Below, piece by piece: positions 1 through 9,269 of a DNA stretch of 34,167 bases; the first letter of the stretch is position 1, and each line of letters begins with the position of its first letter. The DNA is from Candidatus Hydrogenedentota bacterium. GTDB taxonomy: Bacteria > Hydrogenedentota > Hydrogenedentia > Hydrogenedentales > SLHB01. The stretch spans positions 1 through 34,167 of the forward strand of contig JAWXCN010000031.1 in the NCBI GenBank assembly GCA_034408725.1, read 5' to 3'. The notes beneath the pieces were generated by a model, which ran no database searches, was not told the DNA's origin, and saw nothing but the letters and a program-made list of their open reading frames with translations. Position numbers and translations under genes: made by a program.

Positions 1-1
1 C

Positions 2-2983
2 CGCCGCTACTACCAGCGCCACCGCACGATGGTCAACACTGTGGCCGCGTTTGTGCTCGCGCTGCTTGGGCTCGGGGTGTATTCATATGTGAATGTCTCC
101 AATGCGAGAAACATCGCTGTTCGCGAACACGCCCGCGCCGAGGACGAAAACTACGCCAATCAAGTGCATCTGGTCCAGTCGTACATGGGCCAGAATAACT
201 ACAAACTCGCCCGCGAAACACTCTGGGCCACCAATCCCGGCCTGCGCAATTGGGAATGGGGATACCTGCTCAATAGATGTTACCTCGAAAAGTTCACGCT
301 CGATGATTGCGTCGGCGCCGCGTACAGCCCGGACGGAACTCGCATTGCGACTATATCCCGAAATAAGCCAATCGAAATTTGGGACGCAGAAACGGGGAAG
401 AAAACCTTTGAAATAACAGAGGAAGCCGCACGAATTCGTGCGCATCGCTATTTCAACAATGGAACTAAAATCGTTGGAGCCGGCCAGGATAATATCATTC
501 GAATATGGGACACCCAGACGGGGAAGCTGCTGGTCCGCATGGTGGGTCATCGTGAGCTGGTTTCATCGTTCGATGTTGGTCCCGATAGTACCCGGCTTGT
601 GTCGACTTCAAACGACGGAAGCATAAGGGTTTGGGATTGCACGACTGGCGCCCAAATCGGCGCAATAGAGGACGTTTCAGAGGGAGCCAGTGTCGCGTAT
701 TTCAGCGCGGACGGAAAATTTCTGGTTTCCTGCGGCGCCGATCCAAATTTTGAAGGCGAAACCGAAGCGTATCGACGAGTTGTTACGATCTGGAATTCAT
801 CGGATAACTCAAAGGTCTTGTCAATCCAAGGCACAGACCCGGCATTAAGTTATGATGGACAAACACTCGCTGTGGCCGACGGCACAGACATTGTACTCGT
901 CGATGTGCCGGCTGGAACGACCCGCAAATACCGACTTCACACCGGGTTCATCAGAAGCGTTCAATTCTCTCAAAATGGTTCTCACTTGCTCACCAGTTCT
1001 GATGACAGCTTTGCGAAAATAACGGAGATTGATACAGGAAAGACCGTACTGACACTCGATCATGGGCAGTCCGTTGCGGCGGCGCGGTATAGCTCCACGA
1101 ACGAATTTATCTTAACAATGTCGCGCGATGGCGCCTTGAAGGTTTGGAATACCGCTTCTGGTAATCTGACTAACACCCTGCAGGGGCATGCGGACTATTT
1201 GTTAACGGCGGATTTCAGCCCCGATGGCAACCGTATTGTTTCCGCCGCATTCGATCAGTCCGTTAAGGTTTGGGAATCAAAAGCCTCACCCGGCCAGCGC
1301 GTTTTAGCATCCTATGAATGGCCTATTAAAAAACTTTCGACTTCGCCGGATGGACAGCTTGCGGCAATTGTTCTCGCCAATAGGACAATGGAAATACGCC
1401 GGGTAAAAGACGGAGCAATCGTCGCCGAGTTCGCCAGCTACGCCTTCAATGGTGGAATCGACGCGTCGTTCAGCCCTGACGGCAAACGTGTCGTCGCGGT
1501 ACTCGACGAGTTTACGCCGATGGTCTGGGACATTGAAACCCAACAAATAGTTTCCAAATTTACCGGGCATGATGGCGGTGTGAGGTGCGTCAGTTTTAGC
1601 CCAGACGGCGCCCATGTTCTCAGCGGCTCATGGGACAATACAGCCCGATTGTGGGATGCACAAACCGGGTTGCAAATTCGTTCGTTCACGGGACACACCG
1701 ATACGATACAAGACGTCGCGTTCAATACCGCAGGCAATCTGATTGCTACGGCGTCGGAAGACGGTACGGTTAAGTTGTGGGAAGCAGCGACCGGGCGGGA
1801 ACTCCGTACTTTCAAGTGCAAAGGCGGCGCAGTCTTCTGCGTGGCGTTCAGCAATGATGGGGCATTGCTAGCGACGTCTGGAGATCAGCAACCGGTTCGT
1901 CTCTGGGACGTTCAGAATGGAGACGAATTCAGAACAATTAACGGGCCCGAAAACGTGCGTGCCATTTCCTTCTCCAAAGACAGTTCACGGCTCTTCCTGG
2001 CGTCTCAGGTGGGAGTCCGCGTTGTATCTGCTTCCACTGGTAGTGAATTGGCGTTCGCAAACAGCTCCGACTATCTCATCGACGGTTCATTTGTAGGAGA
2101 TTCGTCATCGTTTCTTGCCGCCTCAGTTTCTGGGACCGTCTATGAGTTTACCCCGTTAAGTTGGAAATCCATGCCGCCGACCGGTTCTCGAAAGATGCTG
2201 GACAGTGAGATGCTGGCATTGATGCGCCGCGATCAAGTTGCAAACCCAATTGAACCTCCTTCAACATTTCCTGCGGTTGTAGTCGCTTCCACCCCGGAAA
2301 TCATTTCGAAAGCGCTTCTCATGCTTACGGACGCGGTCCATGGGGAGCAAAACGCGACTTTACCCGTCACTGGCGAGGTGTACAACGCCCTTGCACGGCT
2401 TTGCTTCCAACGGCACGATGAACTTGTCGCGCTAAATGGCGCGCCAATCAATTCATCTGAATTCGCCACAATGGCATCGGACTTGGCACGGAAACCCGAT
2501 GGGCCCCACGGAGTCGAATTCAAATTCAATCGTCATGGCGTTGCTCGCACATTGCAATGCCGATTGGTCGCGCCCGTCACGGAAACCATTGCTCGAAATC
2601 TAGACCGCCAACTGACACAAGAGTTCTTTTCCACTAATCAGCGCGACATGGCGCAATGGCAGCCAGAGGCTTTTATCAGGCATCAGCAATACTCATCCGA
2701 AATTGGCGCACAAACAGCAAATCCGGACTCGTTGAACGGGGTATGGATTGGTGAAAATGATAACGAACATTTTAAGGAACAATTGGCTGCCTTCGGATTA
2801 GCCACGGGAGACTGGGTAACGGCGCAGAACGCAATTCCGATTATTGACCACTCAATCTTTGAGCGCATCGGCGAAAGTTTAGTGGAAACAACTGGGAGTG
2901 ATGCTAACAAGCAACTCGTTCTGGATGTTAACCGGGGAGAATTTCAGCCCCGTAAGATCACGCTGAGGATGAATCCTGCATAG
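2..2983 (+). CDS. WD40-repeat protein, 5'-truncated. Has a TM helix, ~13-14 WD repeats and C-terminal PDZ-like segments; probably the C-terminal part of a Ser/Thr kinase-WD40 protein
   Basis: The frame is open from the window edge (RRYYQRHRT-MVNTVAAF...). Many GH...S.D.t.r.WD repeats. The 'LRNWEWGYL' motif after the TM helix is typical of kinase-WD40 proteins; the kinase domain itself is not in the window. Confidence 0.85.
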   Translation, partial: RRYYQRHRTMVNTVAAFVLALLGLGVYSYVNVSNARNIAVREHARAEDENYANQVHLVQSYMGQNNYKLARETLWATNPGLRNWEWGYLLNRCYLEKFTLDDCVGAAYSPDGTRIATISRNKPIEIWDAETGKKTFEITEEAARIRAHRYFNNGTKIVGAGQDNIIRIWDTQTGKLLVRMVGHRELVSSFDVGPDSTRLVSTSNDGSIRVWDCTTGAQIGAIEDVSEGASVAYFSADGKFLVSCGADPNFEGETEAYRRVVTIWNSSDNSKVLSIQGTDPALSYDGQTLAVADGTDIVLVDVPAGTTRKYRLHTGFIRSVQFSQNGSHLLTSSDDSFAKITEIDTGKTVLTLDHGQSVAAARYSSTNEFILTMSRDGALKVWNTASGNLTNTLQGHADYLLTADFSPDGNRIVSAAFDQSVKVWESKASPGQRVLASYEWPIKKLSTSPDGQLAAIVLANRTMEIRRVKDGAIVAEFASYAFNGGIDASFSPDGKRVVAVLDEFTPMVWDIETQQIVSKFTGHDGGVRCVSFSPDGAHVLSGSWDNTARLWDAQTGLQIRSFTGHTDTIQDVAFNTAGNLIATASEDGTVKLWEAATGRELRTFKCKGGAVFCVAFSNDGALLATSGDQQPVRLWDVQNGDEFRTINGPENVRAISFSKDSSRLFLASQVGVRVVSASTGSELAFANSSDYLIDGSFVGDSSSFLAASVSGTVYEFTPLSWKSMPPTGSRKMLDSEMLALMRRDQVANPIEPPSTFPAVVVASTPEIISKALLMLTDAVHGEQNATLPVTGEVYNALARLCFQRHDELVALNGAPINSSEFATMASDLARKPDGPHGVEFKFNRHGVARTLQCRLVAPVTETIARNLDRQLTQEFFSTNQRDMAQWQPEAFIRHQQYSSEIGAQTANPDSLNGVWIGENDNEHFKEQLAAFGLATGDWVTAQNAIPIIDHSIFERIGESLVETTGSDANKQLVLDVNRGEFQPRKITLRMNPA

Positions 2984-3029
2984 GAATTGCCATTGACAAG
3001 ATAGCGTCTGTAAAAGGAAAGGGAAATGC

Positions 3030-3860
3030 ATGGCTTATGAAATGAAATACGCAAAAGAAGCGGGGCCGAATTGCCGGCTGGCCCAGTTTATGGCGAACAA
3101 CGACGACGTTGGGCGACCTTGGACTTTGGGAGATATCTATTGTAAACCGCTACGCGACGTCTTGACGGAACTCATCGCTGCGCGGTTGAACGCTGCCAGA
3201 GACACCATAGATAAACCCCTCTCGGTGACAAAAAAATTTATTTTACCGGGATTTGCGCGAGATGCTATTGCTGCGATCAACGGCACCGATAGGCCGTGGC
3301 TGTCTCGAACAATGGAAGAGCTCATGGTCAGCCGGGAACATGTGGCCGACAATCATGACGAAGCGACCGACGGGACCTTGCTGAATGTGTTGCGGCAAAG
3401 TGGTGTGTACATCCCACTCAGCCACGTTGGAATAGCTGTCGGAGATGCAGATCGGCTGCGATACCTTTTCGGTATGCAGCCATACAATTCTTTGTCCCTA
3501 TGGGACCATCCGTTCCCCGATCCGGAAGATAACGTCCTCAAGCCTCTTAGAAGCATGACGTTTGGCAAACTATTTTGCCAAAAAGCTGCTGTCGTTGTGC
3601 AACAGGCACCGCAAACATTTTCAATTTTGCAGGTCGCGAAAGACCTGGGCGTGCTTCGCCCTAACCGTAATCGGAAACATACAGTAAACCCTCGGGGTGG
3701 CCCGCCACCGGCATTTCTCCCAGCGCCGTACGTCTTTAATCAAGGTGGAAACAGGAAATGCTGTCTGAATGGGGTGTGCAATACTGAATTGGCGCAAATG
3801 GCGGACTACTGTGAGCAGGTCTCCGGAGGGGGTTGCTCGGCCATGAGTGATCCTTGCTAA
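3030..3860 (+). CDS. Hypothetical protein, 276 aa, with a six-cysteine C-terminal tail
   Basis: Purine-rich RBS (aaggaaaggg) upstream. No recognised family. Ends KCCLNGVCNTELAQMADYCEQVSGGGCSAMSDPC. Confidence 0.7.
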   Translation: MAYEMKYAKEAGPNCRLAQFMANNDDVGRPWTLGDIYCKPLRDVLTELIAARLNAARDTIDKPLSVTKKFILPGFARDAIAAINGTDRPWLSRTMEELMVSREHVADNHDEATDGTLLNVLRQSGVYIPLSHVGIAVGDADRLRYLFGMQPYNSLSLWDHPFPDPEDNVLKPLRSMTFGKLFCQKAAVVVQQAPQTFSILQVAKDLGVLRPNRNRKHTVNPRGGPPPAFLPAPYVFNQGGNRKCCLNGVCNTELAQMADYCEQVSGGGCSAMSDPC

Positions 3861-3903
3861 AATTTTAAAATTGCGGATGCCGTACAAAGAGGATAATAAA
3901 ATC

Positions 3904-4824
3904 ATGATTCTTCCACCATACTCTGACCCTTTTTTAGAACTTTTGGCTCTTGCACCAGAACTATTTGTCCAATTTTCCGAAAGCGATAATCTGATTAAAG
4001 GCGTACATGGTCTGGGAGTCGACGTCGATGACGCAGCCCAAAAAGTATTTGTAACGTTCATGTTGGAGCCCGGCTATCCCCTAAAATCGATTCCCAAATC
4101 AGTTTCAGTGACGCTCTTGGGCGAGCAATACGATATTCCAACCTTCACAATCCAAACCCCGCTATTTACCTTTCAACAGGGCAACTGCTTCCACCAACGG
4201 CCTGTGCGAGGCGGCAATTGCATAAGCCCAACGGGTAGCGGAAGCCTGGGCACCCTTGGAGGCGTTGTAATAAGCACAACTAACGAACGACATTTAATAT
4301 CGAGCGCGCATGTTCTCGATGAATTCGGAACACATGGGATCGGGGACAGAATTTCGCAGCCAAAGAGCGGACCAGATTTTGCTACCATCGTTAAAACGGC
4401 CGCGCCGTGGACGACGCCTGCCAATAGCAAATGCGACGCCGGAATCGCTGAGGTTTACGATCCTGATATTGGTGACCCCGAAAACATAACAGACACGATC
4501 GATGGTATAGGAAAACAGGGTAATCCTGCCTCACCGGTCAAGGATATGAAAGTAAAAAAAAGTGGTGCAACTACCCTTGTAAAGTCATCCGTCATTGAAA
4601 AGATTTCACAAACGATTAATTGTGAAGGCCATACGTTTAACGATGTTTTTATCACCAAGGAGAGTATCAGTGCGAAGGGCGATAGCGGCGCATTGGTAGT
4701 AGGACCAAACAATGTGATCGTTGGAATTGTTATCGGAGGAAATGGGGAAAAGACGGTCGCATGTTCGATTATGAACGTGATCGATGCCCTTCAACTGCAA
4801 GGCTGGACATGGCAGCTTCCTTAA
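3904..4824 (+). CDS. Trypsin-like (S1/PA clan, Nal1-like) serine protease
   Basis: GTLGG motif, His (SSAHV), Asp (CDAGIA) and Ser (GDSGA). Start chosen at ATG 3904 after AGAGGA; 3847 and 3877 are alternatives. Confidence 0.85.
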   Translation: MILPPYSDPFLELLALAPELFVQFSESDNLIKGVHGLGVDVDDAAQKVFVTFMLEPGYPLKSIPKSVSVTLLGEQYDIPTFTIQTPLFTFQQGNCFHQRPVRGGNCISPTGSGSLGTLGGVVISTTNERHLISSAHVLDEFGTHGIGDRISQPKSGPDFATIVKTAAPWTTPANSKCDAGIAEVYDPDIGDPENITDTIDGIGKQGNPASPVKDMKVKKSGATTLVKSSVIEKISQTINCEGHTFNDVFITKESISAKGDSGALVVGPNNVIVGIVIGGNGEKTVACSIMNVIDALQLQGWTWQLP

Positions 4825-5006
4825 GCATGATTTTTAATCCGCGGTAAATCCTGAAACTCAACGCTGCCAGTCCGTCGACTGGTTTTCGATTGGGTTGCGA
4901 GAACTCGCGAGAATTTCGTCAATTATTGCGACGGAATGTCGTTTGACCGCGTCTCGCTGGAATAACTTCCGCTCCAATCCTGAGCAGATTTACAAAGACA
5001 GCCTCA

Positions 5007-5567
5007 CTAACTAAAATCGCCGACGTGATGCGACATGATCAGCAAATCGTGCGTGCGGTTGTCCCGGTCGATGACCCAATCGGTTAGCAGCGCTTCGGCC
5101 CGGAATCCGAGGTCTTCGAACAACTGGCGGACCCGGGGTTGATCGGCCGCGAGTTGAACGAAGAGGCGGTGCAGTTTTTTCTCGCGCGCAAGCTGGAACA
5201 GCTCCACGGCGAGTTTGCGTCCGATGCCCAATTTACGGCGTTCACCCTCGACCAGAATTCGAATCTGGCCCAGATGCCGCGTCCACCATGTTTCATTGTA
5301 GTGCAGCGTGCCATACGCGATAATTCGGCCCGCGTCTCGGGCAAGTACGGTTAGCGTCCTTCCCTCTTCAATATTCTTCAGCCAGTCATCAATGACTTCT
5401 GGTTGCGTAATGTCCAGACGCAAAAACATGAGGTCGTCGGGATGCAGCGATTGGGCAAATTCAACCAGCCCGTCGCGATCCTCCCGCCGCATCAAATCAA
5501 AGGTGATCTCATGCCCGTCGATAGTGTCTTTCCAAGGGTATACGCGTTCGACTGCTGTTTCCTGCAC
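5007..5567 (-). CDS. GNAT family N-acetyltransferase
   Basis: Acetyl-CoA motif 'RRKLGIGRKL' and 'LFEDLGF'; AAGGAGG RBS 8 nt before the GTG. Confidence 0.85.
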   Translation of the reverse strand: MQETAVERVYPWKDTIDGHEITFDLMRREDRDGLVEFAQSLHPDDLMFLRLDITQPEVIDDWLKNIEEGRTLTVLARDAGRIIAYGTLHYNETWWTRHLGQIRILVEGERRKLGIGRKLAVELFQLAREKKLHRLFVQLAADQPRVRQLFEDLGFRAEALLTDWVIDRDNRTHDLLIMSHHVGDFS

Positions 5568-5911
5568 GACAATGTCCTCCTTCGTATCCGCATTATGCGA
5601 GGCGAACTACGTCATTGCAACGCGTTTTACCGGGATACTGGCCAGACAACTCGGATCATGTCCTGTCAAAAATAATGGACATGCCCGACACACTGCCAAA
5701 TGAACACACCTTGACAAGAGTGGCTTTGATTTCAGCGTGTTAATTTTGTCAATTGAGCCCAGAATCGCAATTTGCATATCTATAAGCAGTACAAGGCTTT
5801 ATGAATACATATGAATAGTTGGCCGCGAAATTCCGTCCTGTTGTAAGGAAACCAAAGATCAGGTTGTAGAATAGATAGAAGACAGATTCGGTGAAAAGTT
5901 CCAAAATCCTC

Positions 5912-5939
5912 TGGACAAACTGCCCACTTGTGGTAACAT
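5912..5939 (+). promoter_or_regulatory. Putative sigma70 promoter for the 6020 gene
   Basis: TGGACA-16 nt-TAACAT with an extended -10 TG. Confidence 0.45.
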
Positions 5940-6019
5940 CTTCCTACGGTTCGGGGAAGTGGGGCGGCTTCTAAGCCGCCGGAGTCCAGTCGGATAGGCT
6001 GGAACCGAGGGCAAGTGTG

Positions 6020-6334
6020 ATGACTGACAAGTTAACCCATGCGGAACGGCAGGCTGTCGAATGCCACCGTCAGAACTTGTGCGACGAGCGTGGGTTTGAA
6101 GTGAATGTGGCTGAGGCCCAACGCGATTGGTGCGCGAATTACGCAGTCCGTTGGCGCGAAGGCCGTCAACGCCAGTTACTTGAAGAACAGCGCGCCGAAA
6201 TCGAACGGCACAAGTGGATTGAATCCGAGAAAGCCGGTCATGACCTCGGCCGTGACGCTGTCCTGGATTGGATCAAGAACAATGCCGCGGCTTGGCGTCA
6301 CTGGTACGAGACCCGCGAAGAAGCCATTCCTTAA
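6020..6334 (+). CDS. Small protein with two tandem DUF4032-like helical repeats
   Basis: 'EIERHKWIESEKAGHDLGRDAVLDW...W' is preceded by a degenerate copy 'AVECHRQNLCDERGFEVNVAEAQRDW...W'. GAGGG RBS; GTG 6017 is an alternative start. Confidence 0.75.
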   Translation: MTDKLTHAERQAVECHRQNLCDERGFEVNVAEAQRDWCANYAVRWREGRQRQLLEEQRAEIERHKWIESEKAGHDLGRDAVLDWIKNNAAAWRHWYETREEAIP

Positions 6335-6451
6335 AAGCTTCAACGGTTCCGCCGCAGCGTGTACGTTAATTAGTCCCTACTACATCTTTCCGTAGACTTT
6401 TCACCATTTCTCGCCCAGGACAATCACGCTTAATTGCGGACTATACGTCAT

Positions 6452-6736
6452 TTGGCCGCGCGCAGCGCCTTGGACTGCGGCGTGTCAGCGCCGCTTTCAC
6501 TTCGGATAACCGGATGCCTGAATAAATTCGCAAGCTTCATGCGCACGTGAACCGAAACCAAATCAATCGCGTTTAATTGCGAAGCGATTTTGCCAGGAAA
6601 TGAAAAGCGGCAGCTACTCGCCGCCGCACTCCAAGGCGCTCCGCGCGGAATTTGCGCAACGCCTCCGAGCACACATCGGCAGTGGCGCTTTTCTTGGCCT
6701 CACGCAAGTACCTGGGATTTAAGCGCGATTGCCCTG
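6452..6736 (+). repeat. REP/REPIN-like composite repeat, copy A
   Basis: 27-bp inverted arms at 6456-6482 and 6622-6648 (2 mismatches) with CTTGGA(C/G)TGCGG cores. The block aligns by eye to the reverse complement of 30541-30784. Confidence 0.85.
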
Positions 6737-6878
6737 ATTTCTCGCCGCAGTTGCGTAGACGCCCGCTGTCCATGTATTACTATGAGCGCGCAACCACCCA
6801 CGGGTTGGAATTCCGGGTGTCGTTGCCGGCAATATGCAACCGTGGCGGCGGCGCCGCGAAGTAGGATACACCTCACAA

Positions 6879-9269
6879 GTGCAGGTCCCCGTATCCCAGG
6901 AAGTCAACGCGCTTCTGGATGACGCAACAGCTATCAGTTTACGACGCGGCCAGATGTACGTCGGCGTAGAGCACCTGTTTGAAAGCATCCTCATCAAGTC
7001 CGATTTACTGCCGCACAGTTTTGTGAGCAAGTATATCGCCGCCATGCGCGCCGCGTCCCACGAGATGACCCGGGAGCGGTGGAAAGGCGACATGCCGCTC
7101 GCGCATCCCGAAGTCTTTTACACGCCACGGTGCGCGGCAGTCGCGACGCAAGCGGCCAAACTGGGGCAGCGCCTGAGCAGCGGAAATGCAGGCGCCGGCC
7201 ATCTCTTGTTGGCCATCTTGGCGGACGCCCATGCCGCGCCGTCCCGCGCGTTTGACCGGCTCCTCCTGCCCCGCGGCGAGATGATCGCGTTGTTGCGCAC
7301 CGAGCTCATGCGCGGCAGCCGGGGGAAGCCCGCGGTTGTGTCCGTCGCACCGGCGGCCAAACCAGCGAAAGCGCTCGCGCAACGGCAGGCCGATTCGCGC
7401 GAGCTGCCGGATCTTCTAATGGGTGACGACGCGAACGCTCACACCAACGGCGCCTCGGTCCTGGATGCGTTAACCCGCGATCTCAGTGAAGCTGCGGCGG
7501 TCGGGTCGCTTGAAAAGGCCATTGGCCGCGAGCAGGACATTGTCTCCATCACTGAGATACTTTCACGAAAAACGAAGAATAACGTTATTCTCGTTGGCGA
7601 AGCCGGCGTGGGGAAGACCCACATTGTAGAGGGCCTCGCGCTTGCGGCGTTTCGGGGCCGCAACGGCGGCGGTATTCTCGGCGGAACAAGATTTCTTGAG
7701 CTAAACATGGCCGCGCTCGTCGCAGGGACGCAATACCGCGGCGCGTTTGAGGAAAAACTGCTGGGGCTCCTGGAAGAGTTGCGGCAAGACCCTTCGACTG
7801 TTCTCTTCATCGATGAAATCCATCTCATCATGGGCGCGGGAAACGTCGAAGGAGGATCGGCCGACCTCGCGAATTTGTTGAAGCCGGCCTTGGCGCGGGG
7901 CGAACTGCGATGCATCGGCGCCACCACGCTGCAGGAATACCGGAAGTTTATTGAAAAAGACCCCGCCATCGAGCGCAGGTTCCAGATGCTGCGCATTGAT
8001 GAGCTATCGCCCGCGGCGACGTGGGAAGTGTTGAACCATCTGCGCGCGGGATTCCAACACCATCATGGCGTCCGAATCAGCCGGAAGGCCATGCACGCGT
8101 CGATCTCCTTGTCGGAACGGTACATGCCAAACCGTCAGCTTCCGGACAAGGCAATTGATGTACTCGACCAGGCATGCGCGCGATACCGGTTGAAAGCCTT
8201 CGCGGCAAAAAGTATGCCGGCTGCTTTCGACAGCGATTCGGCCCAACCCCTCGCCGAGAAGGTTACGCCGCATGACGTGCGAAAAGTAGTCAGCCGGATG
8301 ACCGGCATACCCATCGAAGAAATCACGCAGGATGAGCGCGTCCGGCTCACCGATCTCGACCGCCGGTTGCGCAAACGCATCATCGGCCAGGATGATGCCG
8401 TCGATAAAACGGTTGCCGCCGTTAAGAAAGCACGCGCCGGGCTCGCGGACCCGAACAGGCCCGAAGCCGTCATGTTGTACCTTGGACCTACCGGCGTGGG
8501 AAAGACCCAACTCGCAAAAACACTCGCCGACATGCTCTACGGCTCGTCGAAACATCTCACGACATTCGATATGTCTGAATATGTGGAAGAACATTCGGTC
8601 TCGCGCCTGCTTGGCGCCCCGCCGGGCTACGCCGGCAGCGAAGAAGAAGGGCGGCTATCCCAGGCAGTCCGCAATGCGCCATTTTCAATCATCCTTTTCG
8701 ACGAAATCGAGAAAGCGCACCGCCGCATTTTCGATGTGTTTCTACCCATTCTCGACGAAGGCAGACTCAAGGACTCACGGGGACGGAACGTGAATTTCCG
8801 CAACTGTATTATCATCTTTACGTCCAATATCGGCGCCGATTTGCTCCACCGCAATACCGAGCTTACGGAAGACGATGCGCTGATGGCTACCCTGCGCAAT
8901 CATTTCCGGCCTGAGTTCATCAATCGCGTTGACGAAATCGTCCCATTCTATTCGCTGCTCTTCGAGGACATCCGGACCATGCTCCGGATTACGCTCGGTG
9001 AAATGAACAAACGCCTGCACGAACACGGCATTCGCCTGCGCGTGTTTCAGGGGGCCTATGAGCATCTCGCGGCTCGCGGGTACAATCCCGATTTTGGCGC
9101 GCGCGAATTGCGCCGTACGGTCGAACGCCTGGTCATGAATCCCATCAGCGCAATGCTGATCGCGGGCCGCTTCGCAAAAGGCGATACAATCGAAGTGCTT
9201 GTTGAAAACGAAGAGCTGGTTTTTCGCAAAGGTGAAACTCTCGTGCCGAAAGGTTTGGTGAACGCATGA
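6879..9269 (+). CDS. Clp/Hsp100 class I AAA+ ATPase (ClpA/ClpB-like, N-domain plus two NBDs)
   Basis: Clp-N repeats (GVEHL, GAGHLLLAIL), Walker A GEAGVGKT and GPTGVGKT, Walker B LFIDEIH and LFDEIEKAH, FRPEFINR, GARELRR. Start placed at GTG 6879; the ORF is open from 6834. Confidence 0.92.
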   Translation: MQVPVSQEVNALLDDATAISLRRGQMYVGVEHLFESILIKSDLLPHSFVSKYIAAMRAASHEMTRERWKGDMPLAHPEVFYTPRCAAVATQAAKLGQRLSSGNAGAGHLLLAILADAHAAPSRAFDRLLLPRGEMIALLRTELMRGSRGKPAVVSVAPAAKPAKALAQRQADSRELPDLLMGDDANAHTNGASVLDALTRDLSEAAAVGSLEKAIGREQDIVSITEILSRKTKNNVILVGEAGVGKTHIVEGLALAAFRGRNGGGILGGTRFLELNMAALVAGTQYRGAFEEKLLGLLEELRQDPSTVLFIDEIHLIMGAGNVEGGSADLANLLKPALARGELRCIGATTLQEYRKFIEKDPAIERRFQMLRIDELSPAATWEVLNHLRAGFQHHHGVRISRKAMHASISLSERYMPNRQLPDKAIDVLDQACARYRLKAFAAKSMPAAFDSDSAQPLAEKVTPHDVRKVVSRMTGIPIEEITQDERVRLTDLDRRLRKRIIGQDDAVDKTVAAVKKARAGLADPNRPEAVMLYLGPTGVGKTQLAKTLADMLYGSSKHLTTFDMSEYVEEHSVSRLLGAPPGYAGSEEEGRLSQAVRNAPFSIILFDEIEKAHRRIFDVFLPILDEGRLKDSRGRNVNFRNCIIIFTSNIGADLLHRNTELTEDDALMATLRNHFRPEFINRVDEIVPFYSLLFEDIRTMLRITLGEMNKRLHEHGIRLRVFQGAYEHLAARGYNPDFGARELRRTVERLVMNPISAMLIAGRFAKGDTIEVLVENEELVFRKGETLVPKGLVNA

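Noticed and set aside
4860-4960. Several short hairpins between the protease and GNAT genes
   Set aside because: Stems are only 5-6 bp. One is followed by a short T run, but this is too weak to call a terminator or ncRNA.
6452-6736. Repeats here and at 30541-30883 as a possible CRISPR array or tRNA
   Set aside because: The arms are inverted and the internal segments are conserved between copies, not unique spacers. No cas genes and no cloverleaf.
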